Positions 1 through 10,281 of a stretch of DNA of 64,000 nt are shown here, one piece after another. The stretch lies in NCBI GenBank assembly GCA_963779415.1, contig CAVZYA010000001.1:448001-512000 (forward strand), read 5' to 3'. Positions within the stretch are counted from its first letter, which is position 1. The number at the start of each line of letters is the position of its first letter. The position numbers were made by a program, and so were the translations under genes. Under the pieces are notes generated by a model. It was not told the origin of the DNA. It saw only the letters and a list, made by a program, of their open reading frames with translations, and did not search any database. This stretch comes from an uncultured Acidobacteriota bacterium (GTDB lineage Bacteria > Acidobacteriota > Thermoanaerobaculia > UBA5066).

Positions 1-104
1 GTCGGCCGCGTTCCGGGCTTCCGGTAGAGCAGGACGAGGACGACGAGCCAACCCCCCGCAAGAAGAGCGGCGAGGAGCCGCAGGAGCCGCCTCCCTCCGG
101 TCAT
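1..104 (-). CDS. 5' part of a membrane-anchored protein running off the window, possibly LptC-like
   Basis: ATG at 104 overlaps the recJ stop (ATGA). Translates MTGGRRLLRLLAALLAGGWLVVLVLLYRKPG, an N-terminal TM helix. The LptC guess rests only on gene context. Confidence 0.55.
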   Translation of the reverse strand, partial: MTGGRRLLRLLAALLAGGWLVVLVLLYRKPGTRP

Positions 105-1846
105 GGCTCCCCCGCGCCGAGCGCCACGACCTCGAGGCCGGGCTCGTTCGTGTACCGGTCCCGGACGACGTGGGCCGCGAGGTCCACGTACGACGGCCGC
201 TCCCCTTCCGGGATCTCGCCGAGCGACCAGCCGATCGCTTCCAGGCGGACGCCGGCTGCCGAGAAGGAGGTCCGAAGGCCGCGCGGTCCCACCTTCCGGC
301 CGCGTCCGTCCCACTCGAGACGGCGAAGGAGGAGGAGAGGCCGCGCGTTTCCAGCGCCGTGCGGCTCGAAACGGGCGAGAGCGTCGGCCAGCTCCCCCGT
401 CACGTCCGTGGCGGGGATCTCCGCGTCCGAAACGGGGTCGGCCTGCCACTCACGGTCGTCGCGGGCCTCGGCGAACGAGGAACGGAGCGCGTCGCGGAAA
501 GCCTCCCACCGCGAGGCCGGGAGCGACATTCCGAGGGCCGCGTCATGCCCGCCGAACTCCGTCGCGTACCGCGCCGCCACCGGCGCCACGCGCGCAAAGA
601 GTGGTGTCTTTCCGAACGTCCGGCCGCTTCCCGAGAGGAGGCCGTCTTGGCGCGAGAAGAGAAGGACGGGGCGTCGGACCCGCTCGGCAATCCGTGACGC
701 GGCGAGGCCGAGGACGCCCCGGTGCCATCCCGCCCTGACGTCTCCCTCCTCGACGACGACGGCGTCCCGCGAAGGATCGAAGCGGGTCTCGAGCCGCTCG
801 AGCACCGCGCCGACGAGACGGTCCTGGACGACTCGCCGCTCCTCGTTCGCCTCCTCCAGCTCGTCCGCCAGAACCTCGGCGCGTGCCTCGTCGGACGTCG
901 TCAGCAGCTCGTAGGCGCGCCGGGCGTGGTCGAGACGCCCCGCCGCGTTGAGCCTCGGCGCGATCCGGAACGAAACCTCCCGGGCCGTCGGCGGGCGGCC
1001 GGCCGGAATTCCGGCCCGTTTGAGGAGTGCCGTGAGCCCCGGGGATCGCGTTTCCGCGAGCCCGCGGAGGCCCCACGCCACCAGAATCCGGTTCTCTCCC
1101 GTGAGAGGGACGACGTCGGCGATGGTCGAGAGGGCCGCGATCTTCGCGAGCGAAGCCCTCCAGGCTTCGCGCGTCGAGGATGCGAGCCCTCCTTCGGCGA
1201 GGAGGGCCTCGGCGAGCTTCCAGGCGAGGCCCGCCCCCGAGAGCTCCTTGAACGGATACGGACAGGACGGCAGCTTCGGGTCGATGAGAATGGCGCCCTC
1301 GGGCAGCGCCCCCTGCGGAAGGTGATGGTCCGTCACGATGACGTAGACGCCCGCGCGAAGCGCCTCGTCGACGGCCTCGCGCGCCGTGATGCCGCAGTCG
1401 ACGGTGACGATCCCTTCCGGCCGGTGTTCCTCGAGCGCGCGCCGGAGAGCCTCCGACTTGAGGCCGTAGCCGTCCCGGAGCCGATGCGGGATGAAGGGGC
1501 GTGCGTCGGCGCCGAGCCGCGCGAGGACCGTCGTCAGGATGGCGAGCGCGCCGACGCCGTCGCAGTCGTAGTCGCCGAAGACGACGACGCGCCCGCCGCG
1601 CCGCGCGCTCCCGGCGAGGAGGGAAGCCGCCTCGGGAACGCCGGCCATTCCGGACGGATCGTGGAGACGGGCGGACGACGGCTCCAGGAACTCGCGGGCG
1701 GACTCCTCCTCGAAGCCTCGTGCCGCGAGGACGCGCGCCGCCGCTTTCGGGATCGCGAGCGAAGACCCGAGTTCCAGGGCGACGTTCGGGTCGTGCGGTC
1801 GGGCACGCAATGCCCGGCCTGTCGCGAGAACCGGGGCGGGGTTCAC
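101..1846 (-). CDS. recJ: Single-stranded-DNA-specific exonuclease RecJ
   Basis: DHH-family motifs FGDYDCDG, TVDCG, TDHH, IADVVPL, PRLNAAGR, GGH. Confidence 0.95.
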   Translation of the reverse strand: MNPAPVLATGRALRARPHDPNVALELGSSLAIPKAAARVLAARGFEEESAREFLEPSSARLHDPSGMAGVPEAASLLAGSARRGGRVVVFGDYDCDGVGALAILTTVLARLGADARPFIPHRLRDGYGLKSEALRRALEEHRPEGIVTVDCGITAREAVDEALRAGVYVIVTDHHLPQGALPEGAILIDPKLPSCPYPFKELSGAGLAWKLAEALLAEGGLASSTREAWRASLAKIAALSTIADVVPLTGENRILVAWGLRGLAETRSPGLTALLKRAGIPAGRPPTAREVSFRIAPRLNAAGRLDHARRAYELLTTSDEARAEVLADELEEANEERRVVQDRLVGAVLERLETRFDPSRDAVVVEEGDVRAGWHRGVLGLAASRIAERVRRPVLLFSRQDGLLSGSGRTFGKTPLFARVAPVAARYATEFGGHDAALGMSLPASRWEAFRDALRSSFAEARDDREWQADPVSDAEIPATDVTGELADALARFEPHGAGNARPLLLLRRLEWDGRGRKVGPRGLRTSFSAAGVRLEAIGWSLGEIPEGERPSYVDLAAHVVRDRYTNEPGLEVVALGAGEP

Positions 1847-2805
1847 CGCGGGGATGCGGCCTCTTCCCAGGCGCCCATGACCCGGAACTTCCGGTACCGC
1901 CGCTCGAGGAGCTCCTCCATCGGAAGCCGCAACAGCCCCGTGAGGTGGTCGGCGAGACGCCGCCCCACGGATTCGATCGTCGAGACCGGGTCGGCGTGGG
2001 CGCCGCCGGACGGCTCCGGAATCACCTCGTCGACGACGTCGAGAGCCTTGCAGTCGGCCGCGGTCAGGCGCATCGACTCGGCCGCCTCGCGCGCCTTCGC
2101 CTGGTCCTTCCAGAGGATGGACGCGCAGCCTTCGGGGGAGATTACGGAGTAGACCGAGTGCTCGAGCATCAGGACCGCGTCCGCGATCCCGATTCCGAGC
2201 GCGCCGCCCGAGCCCCCTTCCCCGATGACGGTCGCGACGATCGGCGTCCGGAGGCGCGACATGACGAGGAGGTTCGAGGCGATCGCCTCGGCGACGCCCC
2301 GCTCCTCGCTCTCGAGTCCGGGATAGGCGCCCGGCGTGTCGACGAACGAGACCACGGGCCGGGAGAACTTCTCGGCAAGCTTCATGATCCTCTCGGCCTT
2401 CCGGTACCCCTCCGGACGCGGCATCCCGAAGTTTCTCCGGATCTTCTCCTTCGTGTCCCGCCCCTTCTGATGGCCGATCACCGCCACCGGCCGATCGAAG
2501 AAGAATCCGAACCCGGCCACGATAGCGGGGTCGTCGGCGTAGCCGCGATCCCCGTGCAGCTCGACGAAGTCGCGGACGAGGATCCGGACGTAGTCGAGCG
2601 TGAAGGGGCGAAGCGGGTGACGCGCGACGAGCGTCTTCTGCCAGGGCGTCAGGTTCCCGTAGATCTCCGCGGAGATCTTCTCGACCTTCCGTGTGAGCTT
2701 CTCCATGTCCCGCCGCTTGGCCGGACTGTCCGGGTAGCCCTTCAGCTGCTCGAGCCGCGACCGGAGGCGCTGCAGCGGGACTTCGAAGTCCGAGTCGGAC
2801 GCCAT
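1843..2805 (-). CDS. accA: Acetyl-CoA carboxylase carboxyltransferase subunit alpha
   Basis: Motifs ARHPLRP, ELHGDR, RNFGMPRPEGYRKA, DTPGAYPG, GEGGSGGA, YSVISPEGCASILW. Confidence 0.97.
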   Translation of the reverse strand: MASDSDFEVPLQRLRSRLEQLKGYPDSPAKRRDMEKLTRKVEKISAEIYGNLTPWQKTLVARHPLRPFTLDYVRILVRDFVELHGDRGYADDPAIVAGFGFFFDRPVAVIGHQKGRDTKEKIRRNFGMPRPEGYRKAERIMKLAEKFSRPVVSFVDTPGAYPGLESEERGVAEAIASNLLVMSRLRTPIVATVIGEGGSGGALGIGIADAVLMLEHSVYSVISPEGCASILWKDQAKAREAAESMRLTAADCKALDVVDEVIPEPSGGAHADPVSTIESVGRRLADHLTGLLRLPMEELLERRYRKFRVMGAWEEAASPR

Positions 2806-2839
2806 CGTCAGACTGTAGCAGAGGCCGGCGCGGGCCGTC

Positions 2840-5251
2840 TCAGAGAAGGCTCTGCGGATCCACGTCCAGCCACGCCGGCTCCGGCAGCGCCGAAAGAAGC
2901 TCCCCGGCTTCGCGGAGCGCCTCGCGCCGGTCGGCCTTCAGAAGCAGATGGAAGCGCCAGAGTCCCTTGATTCTCTCGATCGGCGCAGGGGCCGGCCCGA
3001 GGAGCCGCAGCTTCGCCATGAAGGGCGCGCCCGCCAGCGCGGCGGCCGCCGTTCGCGCGGCGCTCTCGGCCCGCGCCCGGTCGGCGTCTGCGAAGAGGGC
3101 CAGCAGCAGGTACGAGAAGGGGGGATAGCGAAAAGCCCGACGGAACCGGAGCTCCGCCTCGGCGAAGGCCGCGTGGTCCTGCCGTGCCGCAGCGCGGATC
3201 GCCTCGTGATCGGGGCGGGCGGTCTGGACGACGACGTAGCCGGGCTTCTCCCCGCGTCCCACCCTCCCCGCGGCCTGCGTCACGAGCTGGAAGGTCCGCT
3301 CCGCGGCCCGGAAATCGGGAAAGGAGAGGAGGGCGTCGGCGTCGAGGACCGCGAGGGCCGTCGCATTCGGGAAGTCGTGTCCCTTGGCCACCATCTGCGT
3401 TCCGAGGAGCGCCTGCGCCTTTCCGCTCTCGAAATCGAGGAGGACCCCCGCGGCGCCTCCCCGCCGCGCCGCGGCGTCGCGATCGAGGACGGCGTAGGAA
3501 ACGCCCGGGAAGGCCGCCTCGAACCTTTCCGCGAGGCGTTCCGTCCCGAATCCCACCGGCATCAGGACGTCCGAGCGGCATGCCGGACAGCGGGCCGGGC
3601 GCCCGATCGCGTCACCGCAGTAATGGCAGAGCAGCCTCTCCGGACGGAGGTGCAGGGTCCGCGCCACGGAGCAGTTCGCGCAGCGAAAGTCCTCGCCGCA
3701 TGCCCGGCAGAGGAGGCTCGGCGAGAAGCCCCTTCGGTTCAGAAGGACGATGGCCTGCTCGCCACGCGCGAAGCAGGCCTGGAGGATCTCCGACGTCCGG
3801 CGCGCGAAGAGAACCCGTCCGTGGTCGCCCTCGCGCGCCTCCTCGCCCCGGACGTCCACGATCTCGACGGCGGCCTGCTGCCGCGCCCCCGGGCGCGCGG
3901 GGAGGACGAGACGGCGGATCCGCCCCTCCCGTGCCGCCTGCTCCTGCTCGACGGAAGGGGTCGCCGAGCCGAGAACGAGCGTCGACCCTTCTTCGCGCGA
4001 CCTCGCCCGGGCCACATCGCGGGCGTCGTACCGCGGGCTCTCCGCCTGCTTGTAGGAGGCGTCGTGGCACTCGTCCACGACGAGGAGGCCGAGCCTCGGA
4101 AGGGGGGCGAAGACGGCGGAGCGCGGCCCCACGACGGCGTCCACGTCGCCGCGCCTCGCCCGCTCCCACTCGGCGGTCCGCTCGCCTTCCGAAAGGCCGC
4201 TGTGGAGAAGGGAGACCCGCGGACCGAGTCGGGCGAGAAGCCGTCGCACGAGCGCCGGCGCGAGGGCTATCTCGGGAACCAGGAGGATCCCCTGCTTCCC
4301 CTCGTCCCTCGTTGCGGCGAGGGCGGCCAGGTACACCTCGGTCTTCCCGCTCCCGGTGACTCCGTCGAGGAGAAACGAGGAGCGGGCGCCCGAGGCCACG
4401 GAGGCGGCGATGGCGGCGATGGCGTCCCGCTGCGCCTTCGTCGGAACGACACGCCGGTCGGCTCCTCCCGCGCCGACGTGCCGGACGAGATCCACCTTCT
4501 TCTCCTGCTCCACGGCGACGACGAGGCCGTCCTTCGCGAGCGCCGAGAGGAGAGAGGGACGGATCCCCGCCTCCCGCAGCTCGGCCGCCGAGACCGGCCG
4601 CCCCAGCGCGGCGAGATGCGCGTGCGCCTCCCGCCGCCGCGGGCGGCGCACGAACGCCGGATGATCGGCCGGGACCGGACGCGCGATCCACGCGCGCTCG
4701 ACGGGAGCCGTGGCGGGGCGCGCGCGCGCCGACCGGATCCGGACGGCCCCCGCCGCCGTGAGGCGCTTCAGCGCGGCGGTGAGGCCGGCTCGCCCCAACC
4801 GCGACGCGAGGGATTCCAGCCGGGCTTCGCCATGGGTCAGGAGATCCGCGAGGATCTCCCCGTCCCGCGCCCCGGCGGGAGCGAAGCCGACGGCCGCGCC
4901 CCCGGGCTCGTAGATCGCGTCGCCGGCCTCCAGAAGGCGTCCCGGGACTGCCGCGCGGAGAAGCTCGCCCGGGGGGACGAGGTAGTACGCCGCGGCGCGG
5001 ACGAGGACCCCCACGAGGAGCTCCGGAAGGAAGGGAGCCTCGTCCAGCGACGCCACGATCTCCCGCTCCTCCGTCCCTTCGGGAGCCGGAGGAGGATCGA
5101 GCGACGCCACGATTCCCGTCAGGAGCCGGCCGCCGAACGGCGCCACGACGCGGCCACCGACCGGTGGAAGGGGGGTCTCGTCGGGGAGGCGGTAGGACGG
5201 AAGACCGGGGAAATGGTTCGGGACGAGAAGAGCGACGCGGCCCGGCGGCAC
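2840..5251 (-). CDS. priA: Primosomal protein N' (replication restart helicase)
   Basis: GVTGSGKTEVY, LVPEIAL, DECHD, GSATPS, four CxxC pairs, GTQMVAKGHDFP, QAAGRVGR. Start placed at GTG 5251, just after the upstream stop. Confidence 0.95.
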   Translation of the reverse strand: MPPGRVALLVPNHFPGLPSYRLPDETPLPPVGGRVVAPFGGRLLTGIVASLDPPPAPEGTEEREIVASLDEAPFLPELLVGVLVRAAAYYLVPPGELLRAAVPGRLLEAGDAIYEPGGAAVGFAPAGARDGEILADLLTHGEARLESLASRLGRAGLTAALKRLTAAGAVRIRSARARPATAPVERAWIARPVPADHPAFVRRPRRREAHAHLAALGRPVSAAELREAGIRPSLLSALAKDGLVVAVEQEKKVDLVRHVGAGGADRRVVPTKAQRDAIAAIAASVASGARSSFLLDGVTGSGKTEVYLAALAATRDEGKQGILLVPEIALAPALVRRLLARLGPRVSLLHSGLSEGERTAEWERARRGDVDAVVGPRSAVFAPLPRLGLLVVDECHDASYKQAESPRYDARDVARARSREEGSTLVLGSATPSVEQEQAAREGRIRRLVLPARPGARQQAAVEIVDVRGEEAREGDHGRVLFARRTSEILQACFARGEQAIVLLNRRGFSPSLLCRACGEDFRCANCSVARTLHLRPERLLCHYCGDAIGRPARCPACRSDVLMPVGFGTERLAERFEAAFPGVSYAVLDRDAAARRGGAAGVLLDFESGKAQALLGTQMVAKGHDFPNATALAVLDADALLSFPDFRAAERTFQLVTQAAGRVGRGEKPGYVVVQTARPDHEAIRAAARQDHAAFAEAELRFRRAFRYPPFSYLLLALFADADRARAESAARTAAAALAGAPFMAKLRLLGPAPAPIERIKGLWRFHLLLKADRREALREAGELLSALPEPAWLDVDPQSLL

Positions 5252-5252
5252 G

Positions 5253-5891
5253 TCAGATCCGGAGGCGGGGAGCGTCTCCCGGCCCCGCATCCTCGGCGTC
5301 GGTCCGCGGGGGCTCCGCATCCGCGTCGACGAAGCGCGACTCGGCGCCGTCCCAGCGGTACCGGCGTGCCTCATCGAGGGAGAGATCGGGGACGATCGTC
5401 AGGATGGTCCGCTCGAGCGAAAGGTCGCCGGCCGCGAGGGAGACGGAGCGCTCCACCCAGACCGGAGGCCCGAAGCCGCCCTCCGCCTTTCCGAAGAAGA
5501 CGGCGACGTGGAACCATCCTCGGGAGCCAATCTCCACGAAGGCTTGTGCGAAGTCGAGCCGCCCGTCACCGTCCAGATCGCCTCGGACGAAGAAGGGGTG
5601 ATACGTCCCGTACAGGTCGACGAGGTCCGATCGGTCGTCGGAGGGGGTCGCGTCGTCGTCCTCGGCGACACGAAGCGCAGGCCCGCCCGCCTCCGAAGCC
5701 GTCGCGAGGGCGGATGCGATCGCACGATTCTCGGCCGGCATCCGCCCTGAACGATCCTGCTCTCGCGTCGGCGAAGCCTCGGCAGCGCGGACCCGCTCCC
5801 CCTTCCGCCGCATTGCGGGCGGAAGGAAGACGAGCGCCGCCACGACGAGCGGTACGAGAAAAGCCGGGAGGAGACGCCCGAGGTTCTTCAT
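5253..5891 (-). CDS. Hypothetical membrane-anchored protein with one FG-GAP/DxDxDG-like Ca-binding loop
   Basis: ATG 5891 overlaps the udg stop. N-terminal TM helix LLPAFLVPLVVAALVFL; motif GDLDGDGRLDFA. Confidence 0.7.
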   Translation of the reverse strand: MKNLGRLLPAFLVPLVVAALVFLPPAMRRKGERVRAAEASPTREQDRSGRMPAENRAIASALATASEAGGPALRVAEDDDATPSDDRSDLVDLYGTYHPFFVRGDLDGDGRLDFAQAFVEIGSRGWFHVAVFFGKAEGGFGPPVWVERSVSLAAGDLSLERTILTIVPDLSLDEARRYRWDGAESRFVDADAEPPRTDAEDAGPGDAPRLRI

Positions 5892-6616
5892 CGCGACGGA
5901 ATTCCCTTCCGTGCCGGGGCCGGGAGGCCGAGCCGGTCGAGGACCTTGAGGAGATCTTCCCACGCCTCGCGCTTCTTGTCGGGCTGCCGGAGAAGGAAAG
6001 ACGGGTGGTAGGTCGGCATCACCGGGATGCCGCGGTAGCTCCCCCACTTGCCGCGGAGCCGCATGATCCCTTCCTCCGTCTCGAGGAGAAATTGCGCCGC
6101 GAACTTGCCGAGGGCGACGATCGCCTCGGGCTGGACGATCCCGATCTGCGCCTCGAGATAGCCCCGGCAGGCCGCGATCTCCGGCGGCTCCGGATTCCGG
6201 TTGTCCGGGGGCCGGCACTTCAGGACGTTCGCGATGTAGACACTCTTCCTCGAGAGGCCCATCCCGTCCTCGATCATCCGGGTCAGGAGCTGTCCCGCCC
6301 GTCCGACGAACGGGATTCCCTGTGCGTCCTCGTCGGCCCCCGGTGCCTCCCCGACGAAGAGGACTCTCGCTTCGGCGCTCCCGTCCGCAAAGACGGTCTG
6401 CGTCCGGCTCTTCGCGAGGCCGCACTTCCGGCAGGAAGCCACCTCACGCGCGAGGGGAAGGAGACGTGCGGCGTGCCCTTCCCCGGGATCCGCAGCCTCG
6501 CGGATGGGGATCGGAGGCTTCGATCGGTCGAGGTAAACCTCTCCGATGCCGAGATCGCGGAAGTACGCGAGGGTTTCGGCGATCGCCCGCCGGGACGAAA
6601 GCGCCTTCTTCGTCAG
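5888..6616 (-). CDS. udg: Uracil-DNA glycosylase, family 4 (Fe-S type)
   Basis: [42 protein letters not shown]. Start uncertain; CTG at 6616 overlapping the rpoZ stop is proposed. Confidence 0.92.
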   Translation of the reverse strand: MTKKALSSRRAIAETLAYFRDLGIGEVYLDRSKPPIPIREAADPGEGHAARLLPLAREVASCRKCGLAKSRTQTVFADGSAEARVLFVGEAPGADEDAQGIPFVGRAGQLLTRMIEDGMGLSRKSVYIANVLKCRPPDNRNPEPPEIAACRGYLEAQIGIVQPEAIVALGKFAAQFLLETEEGIMRLRGKWGSYRGIPVMPTYHPSFLLRQPDKKREAWEDLLKVLDRLGLPAPARKGIPSR

Positions 6617-6849
6617 ACGTTCTCGGTCGTGGGAAGCGGGTCGACGGCGGGCGCATCGCCCGCGACCGGCTCGGTTGGTGCGAGCTGCCACCGGATGAGG
6701 TTCTCGTTCACCTCGGCAAGCGCGATGCGCGTCAGCTTCGCGTGCTTCGTCTCCAACTTGGGTCGAGCCCCCATCGTCAGCTGCTCGGCGCGCCGTGCGG
6801 CGATGTGAACGAGGCGGAACTTCGATTCGATCGGCGGTACGTCGGTCAT
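6613..6849 (-). CDS. rpoZ: DNA-directed RNA polymerase omega subunit
   Basis: SKFRLVHIAARRAEQL and IALAEV motifs; lies downstream of gmk. ATG 6849 has an upstream GAGGG; alternative ATG at 6879. Confidence 0.92.
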   Translation of the reverse strand: MTDVPPIESKFRLVHIAARRAEQLTMGARPKLETKHAKLTRIALAEVNENLIRWQLAPTEPVAGDAPAVDPLPTTENV

Positions 6850-6875
6850 GAGGCCCTCTTTACGCTCCGAGAAGT

Positions 6876-7520
6876 TCATCCCTGAAACGTCTTCAGAATC
6901 GCCTCGAGCCGCTCGCGCCGGCGGCTCCGTCCCGCCCGGCGCGCGACGAGGATCGAGCGAAGCTCGTCCACCGCCGCCTCGAGGTCATCGTTGATTATCG
7001 CATAGTCGTACTCGCCGAACTCCGAAAGCTCCGCGGCCGCGACCGCGAGCCGGCGCGAGACTTCCGCCTCGGAATCGGAGGCTCGTGCGCGGAGGCGCGC
7101 CTCGAGGACCGCCCGGGACGGCGGGAAGACGAAGATCTTCACGACGTCCGGAATCCGGGAGCGGACCTGCCGCGCCCCCTGTACGTCGATGTCGAGGAGG
7201 ACGTCGATCCCGTCCGAAAGCCGGGGCTCCACTTCCTGACGCGACGTCCCGTAGAAATGCCCGTGGACCGCCGCCGACTCCAGAAAGCCGTCCACGGACT
7301 GGATCGCCCGGAACGCGTCCTCCGTCACGAAGTGGTACTCGCGCCCGTCCGTCTCGCCGGCACGCGGCCCCCGCGTCGTGTGCGAGACCGAGAAGTGAAG
7401 CGATCCGGCGCCAAGGCGCCGGTCCGCGAGGACGCGCCGGATGAGGGTCGTCTTTCCGGCGCCCGAGGGGGAGGAGACGATGAACAGGTCGCCGCGGGAT
7501 CTCATCAGGGCCGTCCTCAC
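6876..7520 (-). CDS. gmk: Guanylate kinase
   Basis: SSPSGAGKTT, SVSHTTRGPRAGETDGREYHFV, YGTS, DIDVQGA. Alternative start at 7505. Confidence 0.96.
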   Translation of the reverse strand: MRTALMRSRGDLFIVSSPSGAGKTTLIRRVLADRRLGAGSLHFSVSHTTRGPRAGETDGREYHFVTEDAFRAIQSVDGFLESAAVHGHFYGTSRQEVEPRLSDGIDVLLDIDVQGARQVRSRIPDVVKIFVFPPSRAVLEARLRARASDSEAEVSRRLAVAAAELSEFGEYDYAIINDDLEAAVDELRSILVARRAGRSRRRERLEAILKTFQG

Positions 7521-8389
7521 TCCACGTTCTGGATCTGTTCCTTGAGAGCCTCGAGGTCCGACTTCAGGGCGAGGACGAGCCGCGTCGCCCCGACCTCGCG
7601 CACCTTCGCCCCGGCCGTGTTCACCTCGCGGTGGAGCTCCTGGGCGAGGTGGTCGAGCCGTTTGCCGACCGGCTCGCCGCTCCCGAGGAGGCGCCGCGTC
7701 TCCGTGAGGTGCGTCCGAAGCCGGTCGATCTCCTCGGAAATGTCGGAGCGGTCCGCGAGGAGAGCGACCTCCTGGGCGAGGCGGGCCTCGTCGAGCGGTA
7801 CGTTCGCCGCAAGCTTCCGGATCCGCTCCGAAACGGCCGCGGCGATCCGCTCGTTCACTCCTTCCCGCGCGGCGTCGAGGGCCGCGACGCCTTCCCCGAG
7901 GCGCGAAAGGATGACCGCGAGGGCCGCGGCGAGCGCCTCTCCTTCCCGCCGCCTCGTCGCGTCGAATCCCTCGAGCGCCTCGGCCGCCACGGCGAGAAGC
8001 GCAGCGATCCCCGCGTCGTCCGGCTCCCGCGGCTCCTCCTGGCGGACGACACCGGGGAGGGCGAGGAGGTCGCGGGCCGCCAGGTCGGGCGGGAGGCCGG
8101 AGCGTCCGGCCGCCTCGCGCCAGGCAGCCTGATAGAGCGCCGCCGCCTCCTCGTCGAACGAGGCCGTCCGACCGGCGGGCCGGACCGTACGGACGAGGAC
8201 GTCCACGTGGCCGCGGGCGACCGCCGCGGCCACGGCCTTCCGAAGGGGCGGCTCCGCCGCCGCCAGCTCGTCGCGAAGCTTGAGCGAGACGTCGAGGAAC
8301 CGGTGATTCACTCCCCTCACGACGATCGTCGCCTCCGTCCCGTCGGGAAGCGTCCCCGAAGCGCGCCCGAATCCGGTCATCGATTTCAT
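7517..8389 (-). CDS. yicC: YicC/YloC family endoribonuclease
   Basis: MKSMTGFG start, VNHRFLD, DISEEIDRL, GKRLD..QELHREVNT, EQIQNVE end; conserved position upstream of gmk. Confidence 0.95.
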   Translation of the reverse strand: MKSMTGFGRASGTLPDGTEATIVVRGVNHRFLDVSLKLRDELAAAEPPLRKAVAAAVARGHVDVLVRTVRPAGRTASFDEEAAALYQAAWREAAGRSGLPPDLAARDLLALPGVVRQEEPREPDDAGIAALLAVAAEALEGFDATRRREGEALAAALAVILSRLGEGVAALDAAREGVNERIAAAVSERIRKLAANVPLDEARLAQEVALLADRSDISEEIDRLRTHLTETRRLLGSGEPVGKRLDHLAQELHREVNTAGAKVREVGATRLVLALKSDLEALKEQIQNVE

Positions 8390-10281
8390 TTCGTGGATAC
8401 CTCCTCCGAAGCCTCCGGCTCGAAGGCCTGGAGATCGTGGAGCCGACGATACAGCCCGCCTGCCGCGAGGAGGTCGGCGTGCCGGCCCCGCTCGGTGATC
8501 CGCCCCTCGGAAAGGACGAGGATCTGGTCGGCGCGCCGGACGGTCGAGAGTCGGTGGGCGATGACGAGCACCGTCCTCCCGGTCATCAGACGCTCCAGCG
8601 CCTCCTGGACGGCCCGCTCGCTCTCGGTGTCGAGCGACGACGTCGCCTCGTCCAGGATCAGGATCGGCGGATCCTTCAGGAGGGCCCGCGCGATCGCGAG
8701 GCGCTGCCTCTGCCCTCCGGAGAGCCGGGAGCCGGACTCGCCCACGCGCGTGTCGAGCCCCTGCGGAAGCGCCTCGACGAAGCCGAGAGCGCTCGCGGCC
8801 TCGAGAGCCGCGACGACGCGCTCCTCGGGAACGTCCGTCCGCCCGTAGGCGACGTTCCGCCGGACGGTGTCGTCGAAGAGGATGACGTCCTGCGTCACGA
8901 GACCGATCTCTCCGCGCAGGGAGGCCAACGTCACCCGACGAACATCCGTCCCGTCCACGGTGACGGCGCCGCCCGTCACGTCCATGAAGCGTGGAAGGAG
9001 ATTGACGAGCGTCGTCTTCCCGGCGCCGGAGGGACCGACGAGAGCCGTGACCGACCCCCGTGGCACGGCGAGGTCGATGTCGTGGAGGACCGGGGCGTGC
9101 TCCGGATAGGCGAAGGAAACACCGTGGAAACGGATCTCGCGGGTGAAAGGGGGAAGGGGCGATGCGCCCTCTTCGTCGTGAACGTCGACCGGCGCGTCGA
9201 GGACCTCGAAAAGCCGGCGCGCGGAGGCGAGCGCGTACTGCAGCGCGAGGTTCGTCCGGGTCGCCCGCTTGAACGGCTGATACATCATCGTCATGCCGAC
9301 GCCGAACGAGATGAAGGTCCCGAGGGTCATCCGGCCGGAGCCGATCCGGAGGGCGGCGTATCCGAGGAGGAGGAGGAACGCGAGGATCGAGGCCGTCTCG
9401 ACGAGGGGCGACGACAGCGCCATCACCCGCGCCCCCTTCCGGGAGAGGCGGAACGTCCGCTCGTTCACGTCCGAGAAGCGCTCGCTCTCCCACCGCTCGG
9501 CCCCGTAGGCCTGGACGACCCGGACTCCCCGGAGCGTCTCCGAGAGGACGCTCGTCAGGTCCCCCATCCGCTCGCGCGAGGCCTTGGAGAGCGACCGGAG
9601 CCGCCGGGCGATGAAGACGACGGGCAGGACGATCGCCGGTGCGATCAGAAGGGCGACACCGGTCAGCTGCGGCGAGAGCGAGACGACGACGACCGCGAGA
9701 ACCACGAGGGTGGCGAGGGACTGTATGAGATCGGCGAGGTCCGTTCCGAAGAGGTTCTGGATCCGGTCCACGTCCCCCGTCAGACGCGAGATGAGGTCCC
9801 CCGAATTGTTCTTCGCGAAGAACGAGCCCGACTCCCCCAGCACCTTTTCATAGAGCGTCCGGCGCAGGTCCCTCACGAAGGCGAGGCCGACGGCGTTGAA
9901 ACGGTACTCGGCGGCAAAGGAACAGAGGTTCTTCAGGAAGAACGCGGCGAAGAGGAGGACCGGGAGTATCAGGGTTCTCGACCGGGGCGTCACGCCGAGA
10001 GCCGACTCGGCCGCTGCCAGTCCCCGATCCAGGGCGCCGGCGATGGCCGTCCGTTTCGGCGCGGCCTTCTCGCCGACCAGGGACCCGACGCCGGGCATCC
10101 CCTTCGTCTCCGACTGGACGGCGAGGCGTGCCTCCGGGGTCAGGACGTCATCGAAGAGCGGTCCGATGAGGTAGGCCACGACGCCGGTGAAGAACGCGAC
10201 CCCCAGCATCGCGGCGGCCGCCACCATCGCGCCGCGGCGATGCGGACGGAAGAGAACGACGAGGCGGCGGAGGTCCTTCAC
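8386..10281 (-). CDS. msbA: MsbA-like lipid A export ABC transporter (fused permease and ATPase)
   Basis: Six-TM-like N-terminal half, Walker A GPSGAGKT, LSGGQRQR, ILDEATSSLD, IAHRLST. Adjacent to lpxB; GTG 10281 overlaps the lpxB stop. Confidence 0.85.
   Translation of the reverse strand: MKDLRRLVVLFRPHRRGAMVAAAAMLGVAFFTGVVAYLIGPLFDDVLTPEARLAVQSETKGMPGVGSLVGEKAAPKRTAIAGALDRGLAAAESALGVTPRSRTLILPVLLFAAFFLKNLCSFAAEYRFNAVGLAFVRDLRRTLYEKVLGESGSFFAKNNSGDLISRLTGDVDRIQNLFGTDLADLIQSLATLVVLAVVVVSLSPQLTGVALLIAPAIVLPVVFIARRLRSLSKASRERMGDLTSVLSETLRGVRVVQAYGAERWESERFSDVNERTFRLSRKGARVMALSSPLVETASILAFLLLLGYAALRIGSGRMTLGTFISFGVGMTMMYQPFKRATRTNLALQYALASARRLFEVLDAPVDVHDEEGASPLPPFTREIRFHGVSFAYPEHAPVLHDIDLAVPRGSVTALVGPSGAGKTTLVNLLPRFMDVTGGAVTVDGTDVRRVTLASLRGEIGLVTQDVILFDDTVRRNVAYGRTDVPEERVVAALEAASALGFVEALPQGLDTRVGESGSRLSGGQRQRLAIARALLKDPPILILDEATSSLDTESERAVQEALERLMTGRTVLVIAHRLSTVRRADQILVLSEGRITERGRHADLLAAGGLYRRLHDLQAFEPEASEEVSTK

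Noticed and set aside
2948-6808. Very long plus-strand ORFs (for example 2948..6808, 27292..31215, 43150..45549, 24043..26271)
   Set aside because: They are antisense shadows of real minus-strand genes, Arg/Pro/Gly-rich with no motifs, as expected at this GC content.
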